Assembly: GCA_964408185.1 (NCBI GenBank)
Contig: CAYOYK010000007.1
Span: 4,232 to 68,231, forward strand
Direction: 5' to 3'
Source of the DNA: an uncultured Oscillospiraceae bacterium
Lineage (GTDB): Bacteria > Bacillota > Clostridia > Christensenellales > Aristaeellaceae
Length of the DNA: 64,000 nucleotides
Below the pieces are notes generated by a model. The model searched no databases and had not been told where the DNA came from. It worked only from the letters and a program-made list of their open reading frames with translations. Position 1 is the stretch's first letter. Every line of letters starts with the position of its first letter. Positions 18,766 to 28,509 of this stretch are shown here, piece by piece. A program made the position numbers and the translations under genes.

Positions 18766-19809
18766 ATGCTCCGGGTAGCCACTGCGCACCCCATGGATTG
18801 GTGTGAATCGACCATGAGCGTTCTCCGCGAGCGACAGCTTGAGGCATGCGAAAAGCGGCTGGCCAACCATCCCGGCATTGGGTTGTTTGCCTCCAACGCG
18901 ACGGACCGGAACGCCCAAGCGCTCTACGATAATTCCTACTATGCCGCCGAGGACGACGCGTGCTCGCTGGTCACGCTGGACGCTTTGCGTACCCGCGTGC
19001 TGGCGCTGCTGCCGCAGGAGGTCTGCGCGCTCTCCATTGGCGAGGGAGGCCTGCTGGAGCGGCTGATGCTCGCCAATGGCCGCCTGCTCCTCACCGAGTG
19101 GGAGGACGTCGCCTCCGCCGAGGCCCTTGCGTCGCGGCTGTGGTGCCGCTTTGAGCAGGAGGACGATCAGCTGACGGCCGTGCTGGACGAGCCGCTGATG
19201 GACAAGCTGCTGGAGGGCATGAACGCCGAGCGCTATCAGCGCACACAGGAGCTCCTCTTTCGCTTCGACGCAACCATTCACGGACTGCTGTACATCGCCG
19301 GTTTTTTGCACTCGTCGCAGCCGATGGGCTGCTTCCTGCAAGATGTGCTGGGCGAGGATACGCTCGATTCGCACCGTCTGGCCCTGCGGTATCTCAAGGC
19401 GTCCTACGAGTACATCCCCGAAAACAGGCGGGAGCTGATCCTGCTGCATCCGGGGCTTGCGGACCCCAACCGGCTGGTTGGGCAATATTCGGCCGATGAG
19501 CCGATGACGCTGGAACTCTCCGCCGAGATGGTCGCGGGCGGCATGAACGGTCTCTTCCCGGAGGAAGAGGCGCTCCATGCCGATATGGTCGCCGCACTGC
19601 AAGGCTCGCTGCGCCCGGAGCTGGACGCACACGAGGCCGCCGAGGATCTGCGCATGCTGGCCAAGCAGGGCGTCGCCCTGTGGCAGATGGAGGAGGTTCT
19701 CTCGTCAATGCTCTGCGTGCTGCCCACCCCGCGCATGCAGGAGACGCTCAAGCAGCTTTACCTGCGAACGCCGCATTGGGTCGGCCTGCAAGCGACGCTG
19801 TGTAACTGA
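18766..19809 (+). CDS. hypothetical protein (no recognisable motif)
   Basis: 347-aa ORF with coding-like, acidic, soluble composition that fills the gap between ilvE and the rluA-like gene. The start is uncertain (alternative ATG at 18814). Confidence 0.55.
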   Translation: MLRVATAHPMDWCESTMSVLRERQLEACEKRLANHPGIGLFASNATDRNAQALYDNSYYAAEDDACSLVTLDALRTRVLALLPQEVCALSIGEGGLLERLMLANGRLLLTEWEDVASAEALASRLWCRFEQEDDQLTAVLDEPLMDKLLEGMNAERYQRTQELLFRFDATIHGLLYIAGFLHSSQPMGCFLQDVLGEDTLDSHRLALRYLKASYEYIPENRRELILLHPGLADPNRLVGQYSADEPMTLELSAEMVAGGMNGLFPEEEALHADMVAALQGSLRPELDAHEAAEDLRMLAKQGVALWQMEEVLSSMLCVLPTPRMQETLKQLYLRTPHWVGLQATLCN

Positions 19810-19828
19810 CCAACGAAAGGCCAAGCCG

Positions 19829-20695
19829 GTGAAAGCGTATACTTTTACCATTCCCTCAAGCATGGAAGGGCGCAGGATGGAAGCCGTTGCCGCGCGCATG
19901 CTGCCCACCCTCAAGCCCTATATCATACGCAACGCATTCCAAAATAAGGATGTCAAGGCGGACGGCAGGCGGCTGCATCGTGAGGACAGCGCTGTATCCG
20001 GCCTGCAAGTGACGCTCTATGCCCCGGAACCTTCCGCCGAGCTGTCGGTATGCTACGAGGACAGCCGCCTGCTTGTTGTGCGCAAGCCCGCGGGCGTAAG
20101 CAGCGAGCCGGACGATACCAACGCCGAGACCCTTGCGGAGATCGCGTGGCGATACCTCCGCGGGACAAACGAGAACGCGCCCTGCCCGCTGCCCTGCCAT
20201 CGGCTGGACAACCAGACCGACGGCCTGCTGCTGCTCGCCAAGGACGAGTCGGCGCGCGCGGCGATGGAAAGCGCCTTCCGCGCGCGAGAAATACACAAGC
20301 GCTACGTATGCCTCGTCCGGGGAACGCCGGAGCCCGCACAGGCCGTGCGCACCGCGTTTCTGCTCAAGGATGCGGCGCGCGCGCATGTGCGCGTGTATGA
20401 CGAGCCGAGACCCGGCGCGCTGACCATCCGCACAGGCTACCGCGTGCTGGTGTCCGGCGAGGTCAGTCGGCTGGAAATTGATCTCTACACGGGCCGGACG
20501 CACCAAATCCGCGCCCACATGGCGCATCTGGGCTATCCGTTGCTGGGCGACGACGCGTACGGCGACCGAGCCTTCAACCGGGCGCACGGGGCGCGGCGAC
20601 TCGCGCTCTGCGCCTGCTCGCTGACGTTTGCGCTGACCGACCCGGAATACGCCTACCTCAATGAGCTGCAACTGCACATCACCCCTCGCTTCTAG
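19829..20695 (+). CDS. RluA-family pseudouridine synthase
   Basis: Tail of ORF 19577-20695. I chose the in-frame GTG at 19829 (alternative ATG at 19862). S4-like N-terminus, catalytic HRLDNQTDGLLLLAK, and TGRTHQIRAHMAHLGYPLLGD. Confidence 0.85.
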   Translation: MKAYTFTIPSSMEGRRMEAVAARMLPTLKPYIIRNAFQNKDVKADGRRLHREDSAVSGLQVTLYAPEPSAELSVCYEDSRLLVVRKPAGVSSEPDDTNAETLAEIAWRYLRGTNENAPCPLPCHRLDNQTDGLLLLAKDESARAAMESAFRAREIHKRYVCLVRGTPEPAQAVRTAFLLKDAARAHVRVYDEPRPGALTIRTGYRVLVSGEVSRLEIDLYTGRTHQIRAHMAHLGYPLLGDDAYGDRAFNRAHGARRLALCACSLTFALTDPEYAYLNELQLHITPRF

Positions 20696-20705
20696 GAGTA
20701 ATGCA

Positions 20706-21533
20706 ATGAACGGAATACAACTGATTGCTATGGATATGGACGGCACGCTGCTGGACGACCGTCAACAGATCTCTGCCGCCAACCTCCTTGCGCTCCATCG
20801 CGCGGCGGAGGCGGGCCTGCACATTGCGTTTTGCAGCGGCCGCATGGCGGGCGACGCAAGCGCATACGCCGTGGACGCCAACCTGCCCGCGTGTCACATT
20901 CTCGCCATCAACGGGGCCTGCGCGCTGGAGCGCCCCAACGGGCCGCTGCTCTGGAAGGACTGCCTCACGACCGCCGCGCTGGACGCGATTGTGCGCGTGC
21001 TGCTGGACGAGGGCGTGCTGTTCGCCTGCTTTGAGCCGAACCGCGTGGCCGCGCTGCCCTGCGAGGCGCTTTCCGAGCAGGAATACCGCGTGCTGGGCAC
21101 CCCGCGCCGCACGCCCGGCGCGCCGATCTTTGAGGCGGGCATGGCGGCCTACCGCGCCGCGCGGGAACGCGGCGTGTGCAAGGTGGTCTGTATCGAGGAG
21201 AACGAAACCCTGCTGCAACGCGTGGGCGAGCGGCTTGCCGCTATTCCCGATATCGATCGAACGGCTTCGTGGCGCAACAACTGGGAGCTGATGCCCGTTG
21301 GCGTAAGCAAGGGCGCGGCTGTGCGCCGCTTGGCCGAGACACTTGGCTTGAAGGCCGATCAGGTAATGACCATCGGCGATTACAGCAACGACCTGAGCAT
21401 GATACAGTACGCGGGGCACGGCGTGGCCATGGGCAACGCCTGCGACGAGGTGAAGCGCGCCGCGCGATATATCACCGATACCAACCTCAACAGCGGCGTG
21501 GCCAAGGCCATCGAGCGCTATGCCTTGCAATAG
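20706..21533 (+). CDS. Cof-type HAD-IIB phosphatase
   Basis: Internal ATG at 20706. IAMDMDGTLL (DxDGT nucleophile motif), FCSGR, GDYSNDLSM. Confidence 0.9.
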   Translation: MNGIQLIAMDMDGTLLDDRQQISAANLLALHRAAEAGLHIAFCSGRMAGDASAYAVDANLPACHILAINGACALERPNGPLLWKDCLTTAALDAIVRVLLDEGVLFACFEPNRVAALPCEALSEQEYRVLGTPRRTPGAPIFEAGMAAYRAARERGVCKVVCIEENETLLQRVGERLAAIPDIDRTASWRNNWELMPVGVSKGAAVRRLAETLGLKADQVMTIGDYSNDLSMIQYAGHGVAMGNACDEVKRAARYITDTNLNSGVAKAIERYALQ

Positions 21534-21576
21534 CATACCCGATACGACCGAACCCTTCGACCAAACGGGAGGAACC

Positions 21577-23406
21577 ATGAAGAAAAAAGCAACCTTCCGC
21601 GAGCTTTTTCAGCTTGCGGGCGAATACAAGGGCGAGTTCACTCGCGCCCTGATTTGTACTGTGTTTACCGTGCTCATCGGCTACATCACCCCGCTGATCT
21701 TCTCGGAGACCATCGACGTGGTGCTGAGCGACGGCGTGTCCTATATGCCGGAATTCATCAAGGCGCCCATCCGCGCGCTGGGCGGGCGCGCCTTCCTGCG
21801 CCAGCAGTTCTGGTGGATCGGCGTGGCGCTGGTGGTGCTGAACGTCGTAAACGGCGTGTTCTCGTACTACCGGGCCAAAAGCACGGCCGTGGCGGGCGAG
21901 GAGATCGCCAAGGATCTGCGCGAGCACCTGTACAAGCAGCTCAGCTACCTGAGCTTCGGCTATCACACCCATGCCGAGACCGGAGACCTGATCCAGCGCT
22001 GCACCAGCGACGTGGATACCGTGCGCCGCTTTATGTCCCAGCAGCTGGTGGAGGCCTTCCGCTCCATTCTGATGGCGGTCATCGCGTTTGTGATATTGTT
22101 TGAGCGCAATGTAGAGATATCGCTGTTCAGCATCATCCTGATACCGCCGATGATCGCCGGCTCGTACTACTTCTTCCAAAAGATCACCAAGAGCTTTGCC
22201 GCCAGCGACGAGAGCGAGGGCAAAATGAGCGCCGTGCTGCAAGAAAACCTGACCGGCGTGCGCGTGGTGCGCGCCTTTGGCAAGCAGCAGCGCGAGGTGG
22301 AAAAGTTCGACAAGGCGAGCGACGATTATCAAAGCAAGTCCTTCCATCTGCTCAAGCAGCTTTCGGTATTCTGGAGCAGCATGGACGGCATCACAATGCT
22401 CCAGATCATGATCACGCTGGTGGTGTGCATCCTGAAAGCCGTCCGTGGCGAGATCAGCGTGGGTACGCTGATCGTGTTTACCAGCTACATCTCCATGCTC
22501 ATCTACCCCGTGCGCGGCTTGGGCCGCATCATGAGCGACGCGGGCAAGAGCCTCGTGTCGCTGGGCCGCATCAACGAGGTGCTTGGGGAGAACGCCGAGG
22601 GCGAGGAGGCCGGCAGCCTCACCCCGCCGCTTGGCGGCGATATCGTGTTCGATCATGTCAGCTTCGCCTATGAAGAGGGCAACAAGGTGCTCGACGATAT
22701 CTCCTTTACCATTCCAGCGGGCAAAACGGTGGCCCTGCTGGGCAACACGGGCAGCGGCAAGAGCACCATTGTGCATCTGCTCCAGCGGCTGATTGCGCCC
22801 ACGGCGGGCGTTATCCGCATCGGCGGCGTGGACATCCAGCAGATCGACCGCAAGTACCTGCGCGCCCATGTGGGCCTGATGCTGCAAGAGCCCTTCCTCT
22901 ATGGGCGCAGCATCATGGGCAACTTGGGCATCGCCGCGCCCGGCACGTCCGAGACGCGCATCAAGGAGATGGCGCGCGTCGCCATGGCGGACGGGTTTAT
23001 CCAGCAGTTTGATAAGGGCTACGATACCATGCTGGGCGAGCGCGGGGTAACGCTCTCCGGCGGGCAGCGGCAGCGCATCGCCATTGCGCGCACGCTGCTC
23101 AAGGAGAACGATATCCTCATCTTTGACGATTCGCTCTCCGCCGTGGATATGCAAACCGACCAGCGCATCCGGGCCGAGCTGAAAAAGCGCGACGCGGGCG
23201 TGACCACCATCATCATCAGCCACCGTGTGAGCACCCTCAGCGAAGCCGAGCGCATTTACGTAATCGAAAACGGCAAGCTCAGCGCCGAGGGCACGCACGC
23301 GGAGCTGGTGGAGCAGGGCGGCCTGTACAGCCAGATTTATGACATTCAATCGGCTCTGGAGGACGACCTCCGGCAGAGCCGCGACGCCGTTGCAAAGGAG
23401 GAGTAA
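21577..23406 (+). CDS. ABC exporter, fused permease/ATPase (heterodimer partner 1)
   Basis: Internal ATG at 21577 (RBS GGGAGG). 6-TM domain. Walker A GNTGSGKST, signature LSGGQRQRIAIAR, Walker B ILIFDDSLS. Confidence 0.9.
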   Translation: MKKKATFRELFQLAGEYKGEFTRALICTVFTVLIGYITPLIFSETIDVVLSDGVSYMPEFIKAPIRALGGRAFLRQQFWWIGVALVVLNVVNGVFSYYRAKSTAVAGEEIAKDLREHLYKQLSYLSFGYHTHAETGDLIQRCTSDVDTVRRFMSQQLVEAFRSILMAVIAFVILFERNVEISLFSIILIPPMIAGSYYFFQKITKSFAASDESEGKMSAVLQENLTGVRVVRAFGKQQREVEKFDKASDDYQSKSFHLLKQLSVFWSSMDGITMLQIMITLVVCILKAVRGEISVGTLIVFTSYISMLIYPVRGLGRIMSDAGKSLVSLGRINEVLGENAEGEEAGSLTPPLGGDIVFDHVSFAYEEGNKVLDDISFTIPAGKTVALLGNTGSGKSTIVHLLQRLIAPTAGVIRIGGVDIQQIDRKYLRAHVGLMLQEPFLYGRSIMGNLGIAAPGTSETRIKEMARVAMADGFIQQFDKGYDTMLGERGVTLSGGQRQRIAIARTLLKENDILIFDDSLSAVDMQTDQRIRAELKKRDAGVTTIIISHRVSTLSEAERIYVIENGKLSAEGTHAELVEQGGLYSQIYDIQSALEDDLRQSRDAVAKEE

Positions 23407-23407
23407 G

Positions 23408-25246
23408 ATGCAAGGCCAAGAGGAAATTGACTATTCCAAGAAATTGGATCTGTCGCTGTGGAAAAAGCTGCTGCACATTGCAAAGCCTTACCACAAGCAC
23501 CTGTACGGCATCATGATCGCAATGGCTGTGTGCGCCGTGGCCGATGTGGTGTTTCCGCGCCTTACGGGCTATGCCATCGACGTGTTTATCGCCAACAAGA
23601 CCACCGAGGGGCTGGGCGGCTTTATCGCCGTGTATGCCGTGACCATGGTGCTGCAGTTCCTGTCCATCTTCGTGTTTACGCGGCTGGGCGGGCGCATTGA
23701 GACCGGCGTGTGCTACACCATCCGCAAGCTGGGCTTCCAAAAGCTGCAAGAGCTGCCCTTTAGCTACTACGACCGCATGCCCGTGGGCTACCTGCTCTCC
23801 CGCATGACCAACGATACGCAGCGCTTGGCGGATACCATCGGCTGGTCGCTGCTGGACTTGGTATGGGGCTTCATTTATCTTGTGATGTGCAGCATCCAGA
23901 TGTTCCTGCTGCGCTGGCAGCTTGCGCTGATGGTGATTCTGGTCGTGCCGCCGCTGGCGATCATCAGCGTGTACTTTCAAAAGCGCATCCTCAAGGCGTA
24001 CCGCGATGTCCGCAAGACCAACAGCAAGATCACCGGCGCGTTTAACGAGGGCATCATGGGCGCCAAGACCACCAAAACGCTTGTGCGCGAGGAAAAGAAC
24101 ATCGAGGAGTTTGGCGAGCTGACCGCGCGGATGAAAAAGTCCTCCGTCAAGGCCGCCACGCTGAGCGCGCTGTTCCTGCCCATTGTGGTTTCGCTTGGCT
24201 CGGTAGCGACCGCGTATGTGCTGTTCCGCGGCGGCAGCGAGGTGATGGCCGTGCCGCAAATCATCACCATCGGCACGCTGCAGGTGTTTGTCAATTACAC
24301 GCTGGGCTTCTTTGAGCCCATCCGCAACATCGCCGCGATCTTCTCCGAGCTGCAAAGCTCTCAGGCCGCTGCCGAGCGCGTGCTCACGCTGCTGGGCACC
24401 GAGCCGGACATCAAGGATACCCCGGAGGTTGCGGAAAAGTTTGGCGATAACTTCCACCCCAAAAAGGAAAACTGGCCCACGCTCCATGGCGACATTGAGT
24501 TCCGGGATGTGTCCTTCCAGTACGTGGACGGCGAAAAGGTGCTGGAGCACTTCAATCTCAAGGTCAAGGCCGGGCAGAGCATCGCGCTGGTAGGCGAGAC
24601 CGGCAGCGGCAAGAGCACCATCGTCAACCTGCTGTGTCGCTTTTATGAGCCGACCGAGGGGCAGGTGCTCATTGACGGCGTGGACTACCGCGAGCGCAGC
24701 CTGCTGTGGCTGCAAAGCAATCTGGGCTATGTGCTGCAACAGGCGCATATGTTCAGCGGCACCATCCGCGAGAACATCTGCTACGGCAAGCCGGACGCGA
24801 CGGACGAGGAGGTCGTGCGCGCCGCGCAGCTGGCCAACGCGCATCCGTTTATCAGCAAGCTGCCCAAGCGCTACGATACGCAGGTGGGCGAGGGCGGCAG
24901 CCTGCTCAGCTCCGGCGAAAAGCAGCTGGTCAGCTTCGCGCGCGCCATTCTGGTAGACCCGGCGCTGTTCATCTTGGATGAGGCGACCTCGTCCGTGGAC
25001 ACTCACTCCGAGCACCTGATCCAACAGGCCATCACCGGCATATTGGAGGGGCGCACCAGCTTTATGATCGCGCACCGTCTGTCTACCGTGCGGCAGGCCG
25101 ACCGCATCCTCGTCATCAGCAACGGCAAAATTATCGAGGAAGGCACGCACCACCAGCTCATCGTCAAGAAGGGCTATTACTACGATTTGTACACCAGTCA
25201 GTTTCAGGACGAGCAGGGCCAGCGCGTGCTGGACGCAAAAGCATAA
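23408..25246 (+). CDS. ABC exporter, fused permease/ATPase (heterodimer partner 2)
   Basis: Internal ATG at 23408, 2 nt after the previous stop. Walker A GETGSGKST, signature SSGEKQLVSFAR, Walker B LFILDEATS. Confidence 0.9.
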   Translation: MQGQEEIDYSKKLDLSLWKKLLHIAKPYHKHLYGIMIAMAVCAVADVVFPRLTGYAIDVFIANKTTEGLGGFIAVYAVTMVLQFLSIFVFTRLGGRIETGVCYTIRKLGFQKLQELPFSYYDRMPVGYLLSRMTNDTQRLADTIGWSLLDLVWGFIYLVMCSIQMFLLRWQLALMVILVVPPLAIISVYFQKRILKAYRDVRKTNSKITGAFNEGIMGAKTTKTLVREEKNIEEFGELTARMKKSSVKAATLSALFLPIVVSLGSVATAYVLFRGGSEVMAVPQIITIGTLQVFVNYTLGFFEPIRNIAAIFSELQSSQAAAERVLTLLGTEPDIKDTPEVAEKFGDNFHPKKENWPTLHGDIEFRDVSFQYVDGEKVLEHFNLKVKAGQSIALVGETGSGKSTIVNLLCRFYEPTEGQVLIDGVDYRERSLLWLQSNLGYVLQQAHMFSGTIRENICYGKPDATDEEVVRAAQLANAHPFISKLPKRYDTQVGEGGSLLSSGEKQLVSFARAILVDPALFILDEATSSVDTHSEHLIQQAITGILEGRTSFMIAHRLSTVRQADRILVISNGKIIEEGTHHQLIVKKGYYYDLYTSQFQDEQGQRVLDAKA

Positions 25247-25250
25247 GGCC

Positions 25251-25284
25251 AAACGCGGGCGCGCCATGGGCTGCGCCCGCGTTT
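25251..25284 (+). terminator. hairpin terminator candidate after ABC exporter pair
   Basis: 12-bp perfect stem AAACGCGGGCGC / GCGCCCGCGTTT. The T-tract is weak. Confidence 0.45.
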
Positions 25285-25314
25285 GCCGCCTCAAAGAACA
25301 GGAGGAATGCCATC

Positions 25315-26022
25315 ATGACCAGTCAAGCCGTCAAGGAACGCATGCGAGCGCTGGGGGCCGACTTGTGTGGGATCGCGCCCGTGGATCGCTTTACCGATGC
25401 CCCGGAGGGCTTCCATCCCCGCGACGTGCTGCCGGGCTGCCGCAGCGTGATCGCGTTTGCGGTGGAGTTTCCGGCGGCAACGCTGGCAAGCCCCAGCCCC
25501 GTGCCCTACACCATTGTGCGCAACAAGCTCAGCGAGCGGGTGGACGACATCAGCGTCGCCTTTTGCGAGCAGATGGCGAAGGAGCATATTCTGGCCGTGC
25601 CCACCGGCGCGGTAGGTCCCACCGTGCTGGATGAGCGCACGGGCCGATTCCGCAACGCCATCTCCGCCAAGCACGCGGCGCAGGCGGCGGGACTGGGCGT
25701 GATCGGCCGCAACACGCTGCTGGTCACCCCGGAGTATGGCAACATGGTGTGGCTGGGCGCGATCGTCTGCGAGGCGGAGCTGGAGCCCGACCCGCTGCTT
25801 GAGGAAAGCTGCTGCGCCAATTGCCGTCTGTGCGTTAACGCCTGTCCCGTGAAGGCGGTGGGGGAGCCGAAGCTGAAGCAGCCGGAGTGCGCCGGACATG
25901 CGTTTCACGGCGGAAACGGCGAGGACTTTCTGATCTGCTGCCACCGCTGCCGCAGCGTGTGCCCGCATTGCCTTGGCACGCGCAACGCGTGGGCCAAGGA
26001 CAGAATCATTCGGGAGGGATGA
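25315..26022 (+). CDS. 4Fe-4S cluster protein, QueG/reductive-dehalogenase-like ferredoxin domain
   Basis: 235 aa. The N-terminal region resembles the epoxyqueuosine-reductase family (DLCGIAPVDRF). Motif CANCRLCVNACP plus a second Cys cluster CCHRCRSVCPHC. Confidence 0.55.
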   Translation: MTSQAVKERMRALGADLCGIAPVDRFTDAPEGFHPRDVLPGCRSVIAFAVEFPAATLASPSPVPYTIVRNKLSERVDDISVAFCEQMAKEHILAVPTGAVGPTVLDERTGRFRNAISAKHAAQAAGLGVIGRNTLLVTPEYGNMVWLGAIVCEAELEPDPLLEESCCANCRLCVNACPVKAVGEPKLKQPECAGHAFHGGNGEDFLICCHRCRSVCPHCLGTRNAWAKDRIIREG

Positions 26023-26633
26023 CCGTGGATGTGATGCAGGCCATCGAGGCGCGGCGCTCCGTGCGCGCCTATACGGACGAGCCGATCTCGGATGAGATCG
26101 TTCAGGAGTTGCTGCGGGCGGCCCAGCTGGCCCCCAGCGGGGGAAACGGGCAGGCGCATGTGTTCGGCGTGGTGCGCGACCCGTTGCTCAAGCGCGCGCT
26201 GGCGCAGGCCGCGGGCGGACAGATGTGGATCGCCACCGCGCCGGTGGTATTCGCCTGCTGCGCGCGGCTCGATCCACCGCCCCAGACACTGCCGGAGGAC
26301 GATTTCGGCTGGCGGGTCAACTGCCTGCGCTTTGGGGAGGAATTTATGAATCTGCTCAAGAACCATCAGCCGTGGGAGCAGCCCGCGCGCCTCATGGCGG
26401 ACGCGGTCGACCTGATCCCCATGGAGAACATCCTGCTGGCGGCTACGGCCCGCGGCCTCGGCGGCTGCATGGTCGGTTGGCTGGACGTGAAAAAAGCCGG
26501 CGAGATTCTTCGTCTGCCGGACGGTCTGGCCTGCATGTACCTGCTGCCCATCGGCAGGCCCGCCCGGCAGCCGGGCAGCAAAAAGCTAAAGACCCTCGAC
26601 GAAATCAGCTTTACGGATACCTACAAGGCCTGA
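26019..26633 (+). CDS. nitroreductase-family flavoprotein
   Basis: Internal ATG at 26019 (ATGA overlap). IEARRSVRAYTDEPI and LLRAAQLAPSGGNGQ are typical of the family. Confidence 0.85.
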   Translation: MTVDVMQAIEARRSVRAYTDEPISDEIVQELLRAAQLAPSGGNGQAHVFGVVRDPLLKRALAQAAGGQMWIATAPVVFACCARLDPPPQTLPEDDFGWRVNCLRFGEEFMNLLKNHQPWEQPARLMADAVDLIPMENILLAATARGLGGCMVGWLDVKKAGEILRLPDGLACMYLLPIGRPARQPGSKKLKTLDEISFTDTYKA

Positions 26634-26872
26634 TGGCGAAAGGAAGCGGTTTGATGCGGTGCGGATGCCCCCATTGCGGCGCGTTTATGATCCAGTCCGA
26701 GGATGGCAGCGTGTGCAACTGCCCGGATTGCAAGTATCAATGCAATGCCTGCCTTGGCACGGGCACGGCGATTTCCCGCGGCGACGCGCAGGCCATCCGC
26801 GATGACCCGCGCCTGCAAACGATGATGGAAAAGCTGCTTGTCCCCGATGAATCGGAGGACGGGCGGGAATAG
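26633..26872 (+). CDS. small Cys-rich zinc-ribbon protein (candidate)
   Basis: 79-aa tail of ORF 26225-26872. The ATG at 26633 overlaps the nitroreductase stop (ATGA). Motifs CGCPHCG, CNCPDC, CNAC. Confidence 0.45.
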   Translation: MAKGSGLMRCGCPHCGAFMIQSEDGSVCNCPDCKYQCNACLGTGTAISRGDAQAIRDDPRLQTMMEKLLVPDESEDGRE

Positions 26873-27016
26873 CGGCGACGAATGAACCCGGAGGCGCTGC
26901 CTCCCGCAGGGCGCAGGGCGAAACCCCGCGTTCCGCGCGGCGGCACGTCCGATGGGCGAGCCAGCAAAGCGCGGTTCGCGGCGGCTGCGCGCAGAAAAGG
27001 GCTTGCCAACCTATCA

Positions 27017-27047
27017 AACGGCCCTCTCCCATGCGGAGAGGGCCGTT
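27017..27047. terminator. hairpin between convergent genes
   Basis: 13-bp perfect stem AACGGCCCTCTCC / GGAGAGGGCCGTT with a 5-nt loop. It lies 8 nt downstream of the histidine-kinase stop. Confidence 0.45.
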
Positions 27048-27054
27048 AGGACGA

Positions 27055-28509
27055 TCAGACTTCCGTTTCCTCCTCGGCGGGAGGCAGCTCCTCGCGGCTG
27101 AGCGGAAGCAGCACGGAGAACGTGGTGCCCGCGCCCAGCTTGCTGCGCACCTTCATGTGCCCGCCGTGCGCCACCACAATGATGCGCGCGATGGACAGCC
27201 CCAGCCCGTGTCCGCTGGCCTGCGATTTGCGGGCCTCGTCCGAGCGGTAGAAGCGGTCGAAGATGCGCGGCAGCTCCTCGGCGCTGATGCCGTTGCCCGT
27301 ATCGGTCACAGTGAGGATCGCGTTTACGCCGTCGTTGCGCTGGCTCAGCAGGATCCGGCCGCCTGCGGGCGTGTATTTGGTGGCGTTGTCAATGAGGATG
27401 CGCAGCAGCTGCTTGATCATGCTCTTGTCGCCGCGGACGGTAGCGGGCTGCAGCTCGGTCAGCTCAAACTCGTGGGCGGGGGAGAGCAGCTTGGCGTCCC
27501 GGTGTACGGCGCTCAGCACCTCGGCGGGGTCGAAGTCCTCCATTTCAAGCATCAGCGTCTTTTTATCGTGCCGGGCGAGGAAGAGCAGCCGCTCCACCAG
27601 CTCCTTCATGGAGGCGGTCTCCTGCGAGATGGCGGTGATGCCCTCGTCCAGCACCTCCTTGTCGGTTTTCCCCCAGCGCTCCAGCATGCTGGCGTAGCCC
27701 TGAATCACCGCGATGGGCGTGCGCAGCTCGTGGGACGCGTCGCTGACAAACTGCTTTTGGCTGTTGTAGCTCAGTTCGATGCGGTCCAGCATGCCGTTGA
27801 TGACCGTCGCCAGATCCTTCAGCTCGTTTTTTGTGCCCGCAATGTTGATGCGGTCGCTCAGGTTGCTTGCGCTCAGGGCGGCAGCGGCCGCCGTCATATC
27901 CTCGATGGGGCGCAGCACCTTTTTGTTCAGGCGATTTCGTCTGCGCAGGAAGCTCCACACGCGCAGCAGGTCGCAGCACAGCAGCGTGCAGACGAGCATG
28001 GAGTATACGTAAACGACATATTGCAGATCAAACACGGCCACCAGACCGCCCGTCGCGGTGGTCTCGTACAGGCTGATCTGGGGGTGGGTGCTCAGCCGCA
28101 TATCGGAAAGCGCCAGCTTGACGCGGGCAATCCAGCCGCCCGTATCGTTGGGATAGGGCGCGTCCAGATAGTACGCGGCGCGCAGCGGCAGCCGGGCCAG
28201 CTGCTCCTCCGCAAACGCGCCGTCCTGTCCGGGTTGCATCTCCTCCAGCGCGGCAAACGCGCTGTGGATGGTCGGCTGCTGGGCGACTGCGTATACCACG
28301 GTTACGATGGTCAGCACCAGCAGGGTGGTGCGCAAAAGCTGGCCCACATAGTGCAGCGCAATGCGCAGCGTCAGCGAGAAGCGCAGGTTGCTCAGTATCT
28401 TGCTGGCGCGGTGGTTGACCGAGGCGGACAGCCGATTGATGCCGCTCTCGCCCGTCGTGTTCTTTACCCTTCCCTTGAGGGTGGAGACGCGCTTGGCTTT
28501 TTTACTCAT
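27055..28509 (-). CDS. sensor histidine kinase (HAMP-HisKA-HATPase)
   Basis: 484 aa. Two TM segments. H-box SHELRTPIAVIQGY, N-box LLRILIDNATKYT, G-boxes DTGNGI and GHGLGLSI. Confidence 0.9.
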   Translation of the reverse strand: MSKKAKRVSTLKGRVKNTTGESGINRLSASVNHRASKILSNLRFSLTLRIALHYVGQLLRTTLLVLTIVTVVYAVAQQPTIHSAFAALEEMQPGQDGAFAEEQLARLPLRAAYYLDAPYPNDTGGWIARVKLALSDMRLSTHPQISLYETTATGGLVAVFDLQYVVYVYSMLVCTLLCCDLLRVWSFLRRRNRLNKKVLRPIEDMTAAAAALSASNLSDRINIAGTKNELKDLATVINGMLDRIELSYNSQKQFVSDASHELRTPIAVIQGYASMLERWGKTDKEVLDEGITAISQETASMKELVERLLFLARHDKKTLMLEMEDFDPAEVLSAVHRDAKLLSPAHEFELTELQPATVRGDKSMIKQLLRILIDNATKYTPAGGRILLSQRNDGVNAILTVTDTGNGISAEELPRIFDRFYRSDEARKSQASGHGLGLSIARIIVVAHGGHMKVRSKLGAGTTFSVLLPLSREELPPAEEETEV

